Positions 38,668 through 52,371 of a stretch of 64,000 nucleotides of DNA are shown here, piece by piece. The DNA is from Oculina patagonica (taxonomy: Eukaryota), in assembly GCF_052425735.1 (NCBI RefSeq), contig NC_135761.1:18910001-18974000 (forward strand), given 5' to 3'. The position numbers were made by a program, and so were the translations under genes. The stretch's first letter is position 1. The number at the start of each line of letters is the position of its first letter. The notes under the pieces were generated by a model. That model did not search any database and was not told the origin of the DNA. It saw only the letters and a program-made list of their open reading frames with translations.

Positions 38668-41022
38668 TATATTGTCGTCATTACTCGCACATGTGCTGAT
38701 ACAAACGGTCATAACTTTTGAAATACTGAAAACGTACATGTGATTTTGCATAGTTTAGCAGATAAAGGACTACACTTTTCGACTGTGTAGAGTAGAGTTA
38801 TCAGCTAGTTCCCGAAATTTAAATATTCGCTTCTAAATCAATGCCATGTTTCAACCTTCGTTCGATGCCGATCAGTAGTGGTCATTATATCCTTGATTTT
38901 GCATTTCCAGATAAATCGAGGGGAAAGTTGCTACTTTCTAAGAAAACTAGAAATGTTTATAAACAATTTAATATAAAAATTGTCGGTGTTTGATGCGAAT
39001 AAAATATTTGACAGCGGCTCGAAAAAATGCCTATTTTTCTATTTTTCAGACGTTGTGGCGGGTCCCGAAGGGGCAAAATACTTGATGGCTCCTAACGCAG
39101 CCTGAAAATCATTTTGAATCAAACCAAATATGTTTTAGTTCTAGCCTTGGTAAAGTCTTTTAGTTGCCAGAGTTTCAGGCAAAATTATTTTTGATGCGAA
39201 TTTGAGTGGGAGTTTTTAAGAAAGACGGCCTCTTAAAACTAGAAAATAAGAGAATAGTGTTTAACTAGGGATGTTTGACTGAAATGAATATTTTCACTGA
39301 GATGACACAACATTTACTATTTTCTAATTGTATCTCAGTACTTTTTATAAAAAAATCTACAAATTTCTATTTCCGTTTTTCTACAAATAAGGGTCTTAAC
39401 AGAGACGAATGCACTAGTTTATGTTACCCTGGTTTGATTTATTTCCAAAATATTCCACTTCTTTCAATTTAGCGGACGTCAGAACTACATTTCGTTACAC
39501 TGAGGTAACAGGACTAAATCAATCAATCGAAATGCGGATTTATATATCAAGCTCAACAAATGATACAGTGATTCACAATAAAATCTTTGCTGCAAGACGA
39601 TTTCAACTTTTTCGCGAAAAGAAACGTTTTCACAACTAGTTGCGAAAAGTAAATTTAAAAACAGTAGTATACATGACATGTTTAATAATAAAGACAATCA
39701 AGAAACCAAGGAAACCCTTGACAATGAACAATCAACAACAAAGCGTCATGAATCTTTTACTGAAAAAGTTCTTATCACGGTTAGTAAAAGGAAACACACT
39801 GCTCAACGTCCAATCAACAATGTCTGCTCTTCCTGAAAATCTTTTCTCGATCAAGTGGCTCTTGTCTTGTTACAATTATGCAAAGTAAGAAACGACCTGA
39901 ATTTGATATTTTCTTATTATTCTTCTTTTCAAGAAACAAGTCAAAACCGTCTATGTTGACAAGCACTGCGAACTAGGAGTTTCCAACTCGGATCGCTAAA
40001 AAACATACAAAAATAACTGCTCGTTTAGGTCTACACAGACAGAAAATTCAATCGGGGACTTGCTACTGAAAACAAGTTATCTATCATTCAATTTTTCTTA
40101 TTTGAAAAACTCTTTTATTCAACTTTATATTTGTTCGACTCAACGTAACAGGAAGTCAAAATCTTCATTCTTATTGGATAAAGACAATGCAACTGTCATA
40201 AACATTATCAGTGTTGTAATGTACTATTGAAACAGCTCGATTCATGTCAACAACAAACTGGTCCGAACACGAACCAAAGTCAACACAAAGGCTAAAAACT
40301 CAATTGTACACGTAGCTTACTTATCATTCCTTTACAGTGAGTTGTTCAACAGGTACTTGGAACAGAAAAGCGACCCTTCGAACTTTGAGGTATGACCAGG
40401 TTTTTCTGTATTTCTTGCTCGTACTTGCTTAACGGTTTTCACGATATCTATTACCAGTGAAAAACTGAACTCAGACGCCTGTTGAACTATTCACACCGAA
40501 AGTTTTGCGTATATATTTTATAGCAAAACTGTTACTACCTAGAAACATAAGATCGATATCATTCCAGATTGAAGCAGAAATCATAAGACGGTCAAGAAAG
40601 CCCTATAGTTTTGAACAATTATATTTATTTCTTCAATAATAAATAATAGTGGGTTCTTTTACGAGTGTGACCAATATTAGCTCATATCAAACGCGCCAGC
40701 ACTGAAATGGCTCTGCTAGAGGGAAAGTTTGAATTAATATACTTTTGTATATTCCCATTTTTCATCGGCTAAGTTTAAAATTCAGCTTCCCGAGAGAGAT
40801 TTCAAAGGTCGTCCTTTTAGGCTTTGTTTCAATGTATGTGGTTGAAAAAGGGTATAATAGCAATCTTACATTTGAATATTTAATCAAAACAGAATTCAAA
40901 TGCTTTTATAAGCCAAATTGGCATTATGGACTTACTCAATGCTATCGATATGTCGAAAAATTGCGAAATTTTTAGTAATTTTGTCTCTGCTAACTTTTCC
41001 TGTAGCAGATCGTGAAGAAGAA

Positions 41023-41114
41023 ATGGCCTTCATTTCGCATAAAGTCTCTGTGAACTCCCTGTTGTCACTGTTTGCGATTTCATTGTTGGTTTACTGCGCT
41101 GCAGCAAATAACAA
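41023..41114 (+). pseudogene. G4: orphan, 3'-truncated first coding exon of an A-type CTHRC1-like gene; collagen and C-terminal exons absent
   Basis: MAFISHKVSVNSLLSLFAISLLVYCAAANN is nearly identical to exon 1 of G2/G6 and keeps the upstream flank and acceptor. Homology stops at ~41114, before the donor, and resumes at ~42110 matching ~22055, downstream of G2. Confidence 0.85.
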
Positions 41115-43838
41115 CATATATTTTTCACAAACAGTGAATACTGCTCTCTATAAATTGACTTTTAGCAGACTGTACAGCTTGAAAAATAAAATATTTGGAG
41201 TTATTGTTATTGACTGCTGAAAACAAAGAGTAAAAGATAAACAAGCTTTAAGGTTCAGATCCTTTAATCCAACATGGCCACCAGATCTTTGCAGGATGGC
41301 TGGCAATGTATAGAGATTATTTAAAAATGAATTAATAAGGCTGATTAAAATGCATTGATGATTTTCGTGGCATGTAAAGGGGTAAAGTAAACTTTTTGGT
41401 TGCAAGTAAAGATACCAGAAAAGGAAATAAGCAGCAGTTTTCATTTGTTACATGTATCACGCCTCTAAATTGATAATAAATTATGTTGGCTTTACTGTTT
41501 CCTGCCAATTTCAATTCTTAGAAGTCACATGTATGAGGCATCTGTTAGTTTCTTTTAATTATTTGCCTTCTGTCACAGTGTCTGCCATTCTTTAACAGAG
41601 AAAAATGTATGTCGAATAATACCACTGTCCTGTATAAAATGGCTGAGCTACCTGGTTATTAATTAAAGAACCCTTTAGCAAATGTGAAACAGTTTGGTGG
41701 AAAAAAATCCCTAGCTTCTTTCCATTACCAGCTTCGCAGCATCTTAAGGTACCTCATATCTTGTTACCACTATACGTGTCTCTCTCAGCATTAATTATTT
41801 TAAGCTCTGAAATAATCTTCACTTTTTAGCTGCTTAGCTAGAAGGCCTCGATGGACTACTGGATGGTTAGTTTTCAGTTAGAATATGGGGTTATTTATCA
41901 CTTACCAGCTAGAATTTTAAACATGACTCAACTGTGACATATGTTAACAGATTTCATAGACAATTACAAAAAATGTTGTTTGTCAGCAGACATTTAAAAT
42001 TTATTTTGGCTAATTCTGGGCTATCAGTTTATAATATACCACATTCACGACTTTGCTCATAGAGCCTTTGATTCATGCCTAAAATCCGTGACACAGTCGC
42101 TTTAAATAGGGCGCCACACCATAACACGAAAATTCTTTTTTTCTCACTCAATAAGACCGTTTTCAGCTGTCTTTCTTTTTATCTGTAATATTCGGTCTGT
42201 GAAGTTTAAAAGTCGTAAAAAAAAGACTTACTGAATAATTTTTTTAGAGTTTAGATATGTTTACGTTGGGAAACATGCAGTCGCATTTTTATCCACCCCT
42301 ACCCCCACCCACACTGCCTAGTCAGTTCACCTACCTTCTTCATCTCTTCCTCGATAGCGCGCGTGCAAATGTGATCATGGAAAACTTCAAATTCAGTTAG
42401 TAAGGAAACATATTTTGAACATTTCCCATCTCTGATTCCAAGTAGACTACTGACTTTTAATTCCCATAAACACTATATCGCTCCTGATGGCATCACATCA
42501 ATAAGCGGAAGTAAACTAAAAAGTCATTAGTCAATCTTAAATTTAAATTCCCCAGTTGTGGTGTCGAACTCGAGATCGAACTGCACACGATTCTTCAATG
42601 AACGTGCGCGCGAAAGACTGAGAGTCACGCGTGTCACGTTAAAGTCTGCGTGTATGGTAATCTTTTCCTGTTTGTTTAGTCATAAAGACGAGTGAGTGAG
42701 ATCGTGATTATTCAATTATGATCCATTCTAGCTATCGGTTCTTATCCCCCAAATAAAAATCCAAAAAAAAGTAATACTACTACTACTCTGCTGTACTATA
42801 TGGGCGTTTAATCTCGAACCCTACGATGTTTCGTAAATCGTCCTTGGCAGAAACAGGAAGTGTTAATTATGTCGAGTGGTTATGGCCCGACTGAAGAGTT
42901 AATTATAATGATAAATCACATTCTATTTGCGATAGAAATCCTGTCAAACAAACGCAATCACCCGGAACTCAAATATTCACTATCAAACAATTCACTTATA
43001 AAAATATAAATGGCAAATATTTACCTGTTTACATTGGAGCACTCGACGGCTTGGAACAGGTACTTGTTGGAGCGTTCAAGAAACCGGCGTTTTTCGTCTG
43101 GGAAAGGCTTAATTTAAGAGAATAACCATCCAATGAGAGTTAAATAGATGCAAGATTTTTTACTCTTTTTGCTACTCGCTTTGAGAGTTTTGATTTGCAT
43201 GAAGACCGTCTGGCCGCCACATAAACAGATTTTAACTTAAGCTACATTAATGTCTTTAATCCGGCTATTAAACTTCTTTACAGCAAGTGACGATCGATAC
43301 AGCAAGCCCAACGGTATGAACTTCTATAAAACACGAGGGAACGTCATTACTTCGGCAAGTTCTGAGACAGAATGCCGAGAATTTAGAGGTAAACACTAAT
43401 TCCTTGCTGTTTAAGCGTAATAAATACAGTTACTGGAGGTATATATTTTAAAGGTTATAATTATTTGTCAAACTCGCTTCATATGTGAAAAGTAACTTGT
43501 AACCATGCGAAAGGTAGAATTGATTTCTGTCGAACAACACTGCCTTTAAGAATACTTTCCAGAAAACATCCCTCAAAATATAGTTGCGAAATTAATTCAC
43601 AAACTTGTTTTGTCCACAATCACTTCATTTGCCAACTGGAGGGCTAAAATTAATAGCATCAACACAAAAAGTGACTCGGCGGCTGACGGCGTAAGTTACT
43701 GCTAAAATTTACTTTTTTTTTTCGCCTCAGTCTGCTTCTTTACTCAATTTTTTCATTTATTAAGAGTAGAATGTAACAAACAGTTCTTTGTTTTCTTTCT
43801 CAGTTGTCGTTTACAGATTCAGCGGGACTAACAAATGG

Positions 43839-46220
43839 AAGACTTCATTTCATTGGACAAATGCTAACAAAAACATTGTTCCAGCCAATGAAATTCCTCG
43901 TAAGAATGCAACATTGAATTTAAACAAAGTTGTTTTTATTTCTCAAACTTGTTTTATCGAGATTCATTCTACTCCACTTCTAAACAAGGGCAAGAGAAGA
44001 GCTACTCGGTTGACCGTGTAAGCCACAACTTTGATTTCCCCTGCTTCTTTGCTTTTGATTTAATGTCATCTCTAACATTTCCTTCTCCTTTCGCTCGCCT
44101 CCAGTGCAAAGATTATTGTCTGCAGATTACCAGACACGCAAGTTTACAAGGAAGGTTAGAGACTGTTTTAAATGTGCCTTTATGTATAATGTTTTTCTTG
44201 AGCGCATTTTTGGAAACTCAACTTAAATGTTCGGCAGCATAAGTTTTTAAAAAATAGAATCTTGATCACATGAAGTCATGTTTACCGAAACATCGACTTC
44301 AAAAAATCGTGCGATCCAAATGCACAACTTTGCGTCAAAAAGATACGTAGTTTTCTCAGTCATTTTCCTCCTGATATAAACAAGTCATTAGACTCAGTAA
44401 ACTCCCGATAAATTCCATCTTTCTTGTATTTCTTGTATTAATCGTGTTTAATGAAGAATCATTAACAAGCTAAACTGTCCACATGCCGTAAATTGAAATT
44501 GCATTTTTGTGACTGTATGGTAGATTTACCTCAGTCTTTGTAAAGAAAAAACGAGTCACTCATAACTAAATTAACAAACTGAATGATGTCAGTGAAAACG
44601 GACCGAGACATTTTCAATTTAAACACAATTTTTGTAACTTATAAAATTGTCTGGTGTTGTCACAATGAATTGTTCTTATGAGTGATCATGGCTTCCAAAG
44701 TAGTTCCAAAATTTTTCGCAACATTTGAATTTCATGGTGAGTTAAAAATATCGATAGCATATTCAGAAATTTTCTCTTTCCTATTTCTCAAGCAATTGGA
44801 ATGATCTGTTTTCATAACTTCATTTAAACATGGATAGTCTTTTGACTGTAAGTTGCGTTAGGAACATTGAGCAGAAAATATTCGGTCCGGTTTTTTGGTT
44901 TTGTTTTGCGTTAAAAAAAAATTGGTATAGTATCTCAAATAAGAGAAGAAAATTATTCAGTCAAAGGTTCGTCAAAGTCATCAACTTATGCAACACGTCA
45001 GCATTAGGCAACTTACTATTATAAGACTTCATTTCATTGGACAAAATGCTAACAAAACATTGTTCCAGCCAATGAAATTCCTCGTAAGAATGCAACTTTG
45101 AATCTAAACAAAGTTGTTTTTATTTCTCAAACTTGTTTTATCGAGATTCATTCTACTCCACTTCTAAACAAGGGCAAGAGAAGAGCTACTCGGTTGACTG
45201 TGTAAGCCACAACTTTGATTTCCCCTGCTTCTTTGCTTGATTTAATGTCATATCTAACATTTCCTTCTCCTTTCGCTCGCCTCCAGTGCAAAGATTATTG
45301 TCTGCAGATTACCAGACACGCAAGTTTACAAGGAAGGTTAGAGACTGTTTTAAATGTGCTTTTATGTATACTGTTTTGCTAGAGCGCATTTTTCATTTTT
45401 GGAAACTACTAAACAAAAATTTATGGCAGCATATAGGTTTTTAAAAAATAGAATCTTGATCACAGATGAAGTTATGTTTACCCAAACATCGACTTGTGAA
45501 AACTCGTGCGATCCAAATGCGCAACTTTGCTTCAAAAAGATACGTCAGTCATTTTCTCCTGATATAAACAATTCCAGTTAGACTCAGTAAAGTCCCGCAC
45601 AATTCCATCTTTCTTATAATTCACGTGCTATATTAATCGGACTTAATCGTGTTTAATGAAGAATCATTAACAAGATAAACTGTCCACATGCCGTAAATTG
45701 AAACTGCATTTATTGGTGACTGTATGGTTGATTTACCTCAGTCTGTCAGTAAAGAAAAAGCGAGTCACTCATAACCAAATTAACAAACTGAATGATGTCA
45801 GTGAAAACGGACCGAGACATTTTTACTTCAAGCACAATTTTGCAACTTATAAAATTGTCTGGTGTTGTCACAATAAAAGTTCTTTTGAGTGATCATGACT
45901 TCCAAAGTAGTTCCAAAATTTTTCGCAACATTTAAATTTCATGGTGAGTTGAAAATATCGATAACATATTCAGACATTTTCTTTTTCCTATTTCTCAAGC
46001 AATTGGAATGATCTGTTTTCATAACTTCAGTTAAACATGGATAATCTCTTGACTGTAAGTTGCGTTAGGAAAATTGAGCAGAAAATATTCGGTCCGGTTT
46101 TTTGGTTTTGTTTTGCGTTAAAAAATAAATTGAGAAATAAGAGAAGAAAATTATTCAGTCGAAGGGTCACCCAGGTCATCAACTTATGCAACACGTCAGC
46201 ATTAGGTAACTTACTATTAT
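43839..46220 (+). repeat. Tandem duplication of ~1.19 kb upstream of the G5 start codon
   Basis: 43839-45021 ~ 45022-46220; junction motif aagact..atttcattggacaaa at 43839, 45022 and 46221; single copy in unit 1. Confidence 0.88.
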
Positions 46221-46606
46221 AAGACTAAATTTCATTGGACAAATGGGTAACAAAAAAAGCTGTTCTGGCCAATTACATTCCCTGTAAGAAAAAAAAAATC
46301 TAAATATAGCCGTTAAATTAGTATTCACAAACTTGTTTTATCACGAGTCGTTCTACTCGAGGTTATACAGCGACGAGGCAAGAGTGGCAAAAAATATCGA
46401 AAAAAATATTGAATATTAAGCAATCAAGATTTTCTGTCTCTAAAATGCAGACTGTTGTCGTAGATTTTGAAATACAAATGGTTTTTGTTATAGGATTGCC
46501 TCTTGCCATTATTGCAGATATCTTTAATTTCTAATGATAATAATAGACGCGGTGGATTTGATCTTTAATCTTTCTACGTTTCTCCACAGAAAATCGTAAA
46601 GAAGAA

Positions 46607-48143
46607 ATGGCCTATCTTATGAGTAAAGTCTCTGTGGTTTCCATGTTGTATGTGATGTCATGCTTTGCCTTCTATTGTGCTGCGGAGGGCAACAAAACCA
46701 CAAAACAACCATCGTCCAATATGGTATGCTGTTTGTGTTATTTCCAGGCAAGAATCTCTTAGGATAGTCATCTTAAAGCTTTAACTTGAAACCATACAGT
46801 GGCTAGGAGGAAGACTGAACTAAGCAGCTGAAAAGAACCATCCATATACTGTTTGCTCGTCAAGTTGCCTAACTACATAACCTAACCTAACCTAATAATT
46901 GTAATTTGCAAAACAGTGTGTGCAGCAGTGTGATGTTAATAGTTCTGATCTATTCTGCTTGAATCGAAAAAAACTTAAAAATGGAAAAACGCAGCCGCCA
47001 AAACAGGCATCTTAACAAAAGGTATGGAACAGTCGACAACCTTCGATTTTTGGCGTGGAAAAGGGATGGATAAAATATCCATTTAATCTAATCAGCAACT
47101 CATGCAAAACTCGTATCTTCTCGATCACCTGACCTTGCTGAGAGATTTGTCTTTACTGACGTTCTCATAATAATTCATGACCCTTTTCTTATTCCAACAC
47201 AGCAACCTTCTTCTTTCTGTTATGGTGGTATCCCAGGTATGCACGGCAGGCCTGGGTCCCCTGGAGTACCAGGCCCTGCAGGTATGCACGGCAAGCCTGG
47301 GTCCCCTGGGGCATCAGGCCGTGATGGCCGTGATGGCCGTGAAGGAGCCAAAGGTGACCAGGGTAGCCCAGGGAAGACTGGACCCCAAGGACCTCCAGGT
47401 CCCAAAGGAACTCATGGTGCTAAAGGAACACCTGGTGTCCAGGGTCCTCCCGGCCAAAAGGGGCAGCGTGGAGAGAGTGGAATTTCTGGGACTCCTGGTG
47501 CGCTGTCTCATAAGAACTGGAAAGAGTGCGCCTGGAAAAACTTGAATGACCAAACAGACAACGGTCTGATCAAGGTAAATTTTTCAAGGTTTATATGTTT
47601 ATCTAAAAAGTTTTGTTTGAATGAACTATATAAATTAAGGAAAGGATTGATATGAGGTGAGCAAAATCTCACAAACCTCGGACAGAACTGAAAATGAACT
47701 TTTCAAACTCGAGGTGACAAAACGCTCCTCCTCACTATTTCAGATTCTAGTAAACTGAATTTTTGAATTATCTTTGTATCATAAATTTTTCACAGGACTG
47801 TGTGTTCACCAAAAACTTCTCTGACACAGCCCTCCATGTTTACTGGACCGGTGCCCTGAGAATCTACAACTGTGACGGTTGCTGCAAACGCTGGTATTTC
47901 ACATTCAACGGTGCTGAATGTGCAGCTCCCCTGCCAATTGACGGTATTGTGTACATGTGGAAAGGAAGTGGTCATAAAGATCTTCACCGTGTCCGCCATA
48001 TTGAGGGGCACTGTAACAACATCCACAAAGGCAAGGTGCGCGTGGGATTCTGGGTCGGTGATTGCGAGGGTTATGGAGGAGGTACTGACGTCTACACAGG
48101 GTATATATCAGTGTCCCGGATCTTTATTGAAGAAGTTCCTTAA
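46607..48143 (+). CDS. CTHRC1: G5 (B-type): CTHRC1-like protein, ~278 aa; coding exons 46607-46723, 47203-47574, 47796-48143
   Basis: Close paralogue of G3 including introns; 31 Gly-X-Y triplets; complete domain; AAA>TAA stop removes the last four residues (KPQA). Confidence 0.9.
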
Positions 48144-48165
48144 CCTCAGGCTTAGATGCCGAGAC

Positions 48166-48530
48166 AATACAATACAATACAATACAATACAATACAATGT
48201 TTAATGTGGTCATTACACTTAGCTATGGTTTCGATGCGTCCCGCAGATATGGTTAGCAAAATCTGCGGGAACGCACCAGCTAGTTTACAGGTAAGCCACA
48301 ATGAAAATAAAAAATAAAAAAAAATAAAAAAATAAATAAAAATAAAATAAAATAAAATAAAGTGAATAAAATTCTTCAAAGCTTTAAAGCTTTAAATATG
48401 TGCGACGCATTTCCTGATTAAAAATGAGCTAAAAGTTATAGAATATATACAATTATTTAATTAAAAATTACAAATGACGACTAATATCTACAGCATTTAA
48501 CGCCTTTCTAAAGGTTTTATAGCATATTGA
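48166..48530 (-). mobile_element. 5'-truncated non-LTR retrotransposon 3' end (LINE/SINE-like) in the G5 3' UTR
   Basis: Interrupts the conserved UTR gagac|..a.tccattcctgcataaacg; (CAATA)n at left equals a minus-strand (TATTG)n tail; possible AGAC TSD. Confidence 0.6.
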
Positions 48531-51500
48531 AGACGAAACGTCCATTCCTGCATAAACGCTTATAATGGGACAGTGATAAGTTGCTTAATTATATAACGAA
48601 TGGTTCCTCTGATTACTGGGTGTGCTTTGTAATTGTTTCACATTTGCAGCTGTTGTTAATTAAAAGGCAGGAAGAGTGACAACTTAAAATATGGTTGCTT
48701 TTCTTTGTTTTTGTTTGTTTGCTTCTTTTTTTTAGTTCTTTTTTTTTTTTTCTCGTACAACTGGCACCAGAAAACGATGTAATGTTTTGTTTACATTGTA
48801 ACGCAAAAAGCTAGAAAATAAGAGAAATATGGAACACAAACAAAATGCTTAATTGAAAGGTTAATATCAAATAAGCTCGCATTTGAAAGACTGGATTGGA
48901 AAGTAAATAACCTGAATAACCTGGTATTTTAACATTGGGCACATTTTGGTCAACTTTTAGCTTGATCTCAGTGTACAGTTCTGTCCAATCTTTTTGGTTA
49001 ATGCAGTAGGATGAAAGAAAGTAACTTGAATCTATGTGATAAATCATTGGAGTGAATGCTGATTTTAAAAATATGAATCCATAATTAAACCCATATCATC
49101 CTGCAGTCTTGTATATACATTTGCTTGTATCTATTCAGATTCTTCTGGCTTGATCAATTTACACTAATTCCTTTAATTTTATGTTAACCTCTCAAATGAA
49201 CCTTCTGCAAAACACCAAAGGTGCCACTGCATGTCCACACTCTGGTCCACAGTCAAATTTCTCCTTAAGTGGCAGATTCAGGGCAGTTCAAATTGTTTGT
49301 CATATGATAAATAACTATTTTTTAGACTCTGTGGAAGCTGTGTCACGGTGTATGTCACTGTGGATAATTTTTTTGAGAGAGATTTCTACAGGTGTCAACT
49401 GAAAAAAAATTGTTGGAGAAAGGAAGTACCCAGGCTGTAATTGACCTGCTGCTGGCATAAATATCAGGCAACATGATTTAAACTAGTTGATGATATATTT
49501 TCTTTTGATCCAGATTTATTGCCATAAAATGTTATCTCCAGAGAAAAAAAAAATACAAACCAAACTAGTTAGAAATCATGAATTAAAATGTAATAATATT
49601 TCTTCCATGGCAGGTAATTTGGATTGAAACTCCTACATAGATACTTTCCTTTAAAACTTTGAAACCTTAGAATTTCTAATGACCTTCTTGAAGTGTGAAA
49701 AGAATGATGTCTGGTAAAGTCTTGCCAAAAGGATGGCTTTCATTGCTTGCTTCGATCAAAAATACATTTTTAGTGAACCATATTGATACTAGTATCTGAA
49801 TGATTTGCAAAATCAAGTTATCAATAATGTTCCAGAAAAAAAAAACACTGCAGTAAGATGCTGGTACAGTGTACTTTTAGATTACCCGTTTAGCTTTGGC
49901 CTGCGTTCACTCACTTGACTGTTCAGTTTTGTTTTAACGACTGTCTTTTTTTATTAAAAGAATCAGCAACAATCTGACAACATTTGTTTCTCTTTCATCC
50001 GCAAACATATTGTATAGTAATCTTACAAACTAACAGGCACAGGAAACGAAAAGAACACATCTAGATTCTATAGTAAATAGAGTCTGTTCTGTCTTTAACG
50101 AATACGTTTTGCACCAAAATACAGCAGAAGTTCGACAAATTAGCAAGCGGACGCAGCATACATTCAGTAACAATTCGAAGGAAGGTCTCCAAGAGTTCGA
50201 AAAAATGCCTGCTAAAACGTGATCGTGGAGCAAAAAAATTGGGTATGTATGCCGGTCGATGTCGGAAGACAGACCAGACGACTTTAAGTAATGTGAAAAT
50301 AATAAATAACTGTTCTGTTTTCGTGATATAATGGTGAATATTATTGTTCTTTCCTCTCCGCATTGCAAGATGGCCGCAAAGCCAGCCGCAAGGTTCGACC
50401 CAATCCCTCTCGGTCAAATTAATTTGTTTTGGTTTTGTCTTCACCAATCATATCGCAGGAAATCATATAGACAAAAATGTCTACGGCCCGCACTGCTGAA
50501 ATGCTATTTTAGGGAATTCTGCACTATTACACTATTATAGATGCCGTTCAATGAATAATTGTTCCACCCCTAATGCAGTGCATTTTTATATTCCTGACCC
50601 ACCCTTTTTGACATGGTGAAAAATAGCGACCCACCCCCAATTTTTCAAAGCCCACCCCCTCCCCTGTACTTTATGACCAGTCCCTCAGGAAAAAAGTGTT
50701 GTAATCTTTTTAATTAAGCCTTTCTAAAAAGTCGTTCGCTTCTCGTTTCCAGTTTCGTGGTAGTCTATAATCTACTAATTGCTGGTTGCTCCTACTATAA
50801 AAACCAAAATGTATATTGGGTGTATAATTTTGTCCCTCAAAGGGCTCAGGCGGGATGAAATCTCTGTGGAGTTTACGGTCATATATCTAACTTGTTTCAA
50901 CAAAAGGTGCCCGGCCGGCTGAAAAAGAGGCTTGAAATTCACAAACAGCCACCCTCCCTCCCCCTGAAGTCCCCTGGCTAGACCAGGACCAGGGGGGCCG
51001 AGCAGAGTGCCTAGTCCAGCCCGGTGACAGCCAAGCTGCCACAGGGCTGCAGCTGCCTGACAGTCACAAGACAATACTCATTAAAATACCATGACCTTGC
51101 TGTGTCTGGCAAGGTCTGGTGGAAATGACACAAAAACACTCCACTATGCCCACCCCCAAAAAAGCCAGCAATTCAACCTCTGACCCTGGGCTCCCTAGGG
51201 CTGCTAGCCCTACCACTCAGCTACCCGGCACAACCTTCCAAGACGTTGTCCCCCCCTCAATTTCTTTCTTGCGGGACTGGCTTGAAGGCCGACTAACGTC
51301 GGCCTTCAAGCACGGTTCGCGGAGTCCACCTCTTGTCAAATCAGTGTAGATTGTGATACAACATGGACCTGGAAAGGCCCCAGGGGCACCCGGTCGGTGC
51401 CAGACTCTCGGTCCCCGGCTGGTTAGCAAGCCCTGCAGGCCTTTGGGACGTTCCGGTTATTTTACGCTGGCATAAATTTGTGTCTAGAATACCACAGATG

Positions 51501-52288
51501 GGGGATTAAATATTTTGATTTTTTTAGTCTTTCTTTCTCTTAGGGGCAAAAAAATAATGTTTAAAAATGCATCACATACCTTGCCTGTGGCATTGTTCGT
51601 TAACACCATATTCTTCTATCCTTTGCAATGGTGTCATATGTTTTGACTAATATACTGTTTCAAATCATATCAAAAAGAAAATGAGAACTTTTTACCACCT
51701 TTCATGAATTCAAATCATGGGTTTTGTACTTGATCACTTATCTTGAGTTCTAAAAAACAAAGGCTGGTAATAAATTGAAAATGGTACACCATGACTGAGA
51801 AATCAAGACATGATTTTTAGGATTCCCTTGCCGTCCTAACACAGCTGTATTTAATAGTCTTATAATTTGATCAGACTAGAATTTTATTATTATTTTTTTT
51901 TATTATGTTTTTTATTTTTGTGGGTTCGAATCCTGAGCCTTTCATTTTTATCGTTTTTCATTTCGGATTAAAATAACACTGATTTCCACATAATAGAAGG
52001 AATATAACATCATAATTACCTTAAATTAACATCTATGCGAAGAGATCTGGTCTGCCCACCCCCCTAGAAAGCCAGCAATTCAACCCCTGACACTGGGCTC
52101 CCTTGAGCTGCTAGCCCTACCACACAGCTACCCGGCACAACCTTCCAAGACGTTGCCCCCCCCCCCCCCCCCTCAATTTTTTCTTGCGGGACTGGTCCAC
52201 CTTTTGTCAAATAAGTGTAGATATATATATATATATATATATATATTTGTGAGCTTGGTGTGTGGCGGAAATGACGTCACACGGCCGC

Positions 52289-52371
52289 GCGCTGGTGGCC
52301 TAATGGTGTGAGGCGTCGAACTTGAAATCAAATCTTCAGGACTGAGGGCGGGGGTTCGAATCCGGCTAGGG
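52289..52371 (+). ncRNA. tRNA-Ser(UGA)-derived pseudo-tRNA / Pol III unit
   Basis: A-box TGGCCTAATGG (52296-52306), anticodon loop CT-TGA-AA, long variable-arm hairpin CTTCAG/CTGAGG, B-box GGTTCGAATCC (52353-52363), then poly-T. Acceptor and anticodon stems pair poorly, so not a functional tRNA. Confidence 0.65.

Larger units (their letters stand above)
33800..48680 (+). repeat. Segmental duplication unit 2 (G4 remnant + G5)
   Basis: Collinear with unit 1 apart from unit-specific insertions and deletions. Confidence 0.85.

Noticed and set aside
46607-48143. G5 as a pseudogene
   Set aside because: Stop removes only four terminal residues outside the conserved core.
48860-51500. Hidden gene in the unique region after G5, including GC-rich ORFs at 50775-51429
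   Set aside because: No recognisable protein motif; contains repeat-like ends and a local duplicate (51146-51350 ~ 52054-52220). Left unannotated.
52289-52371. Functional tRNA-Ser gene
   Set aside because: Acceptor and anticodon stems do not pair properly and it lies inside a repeat; kept as tRNA-derived only.
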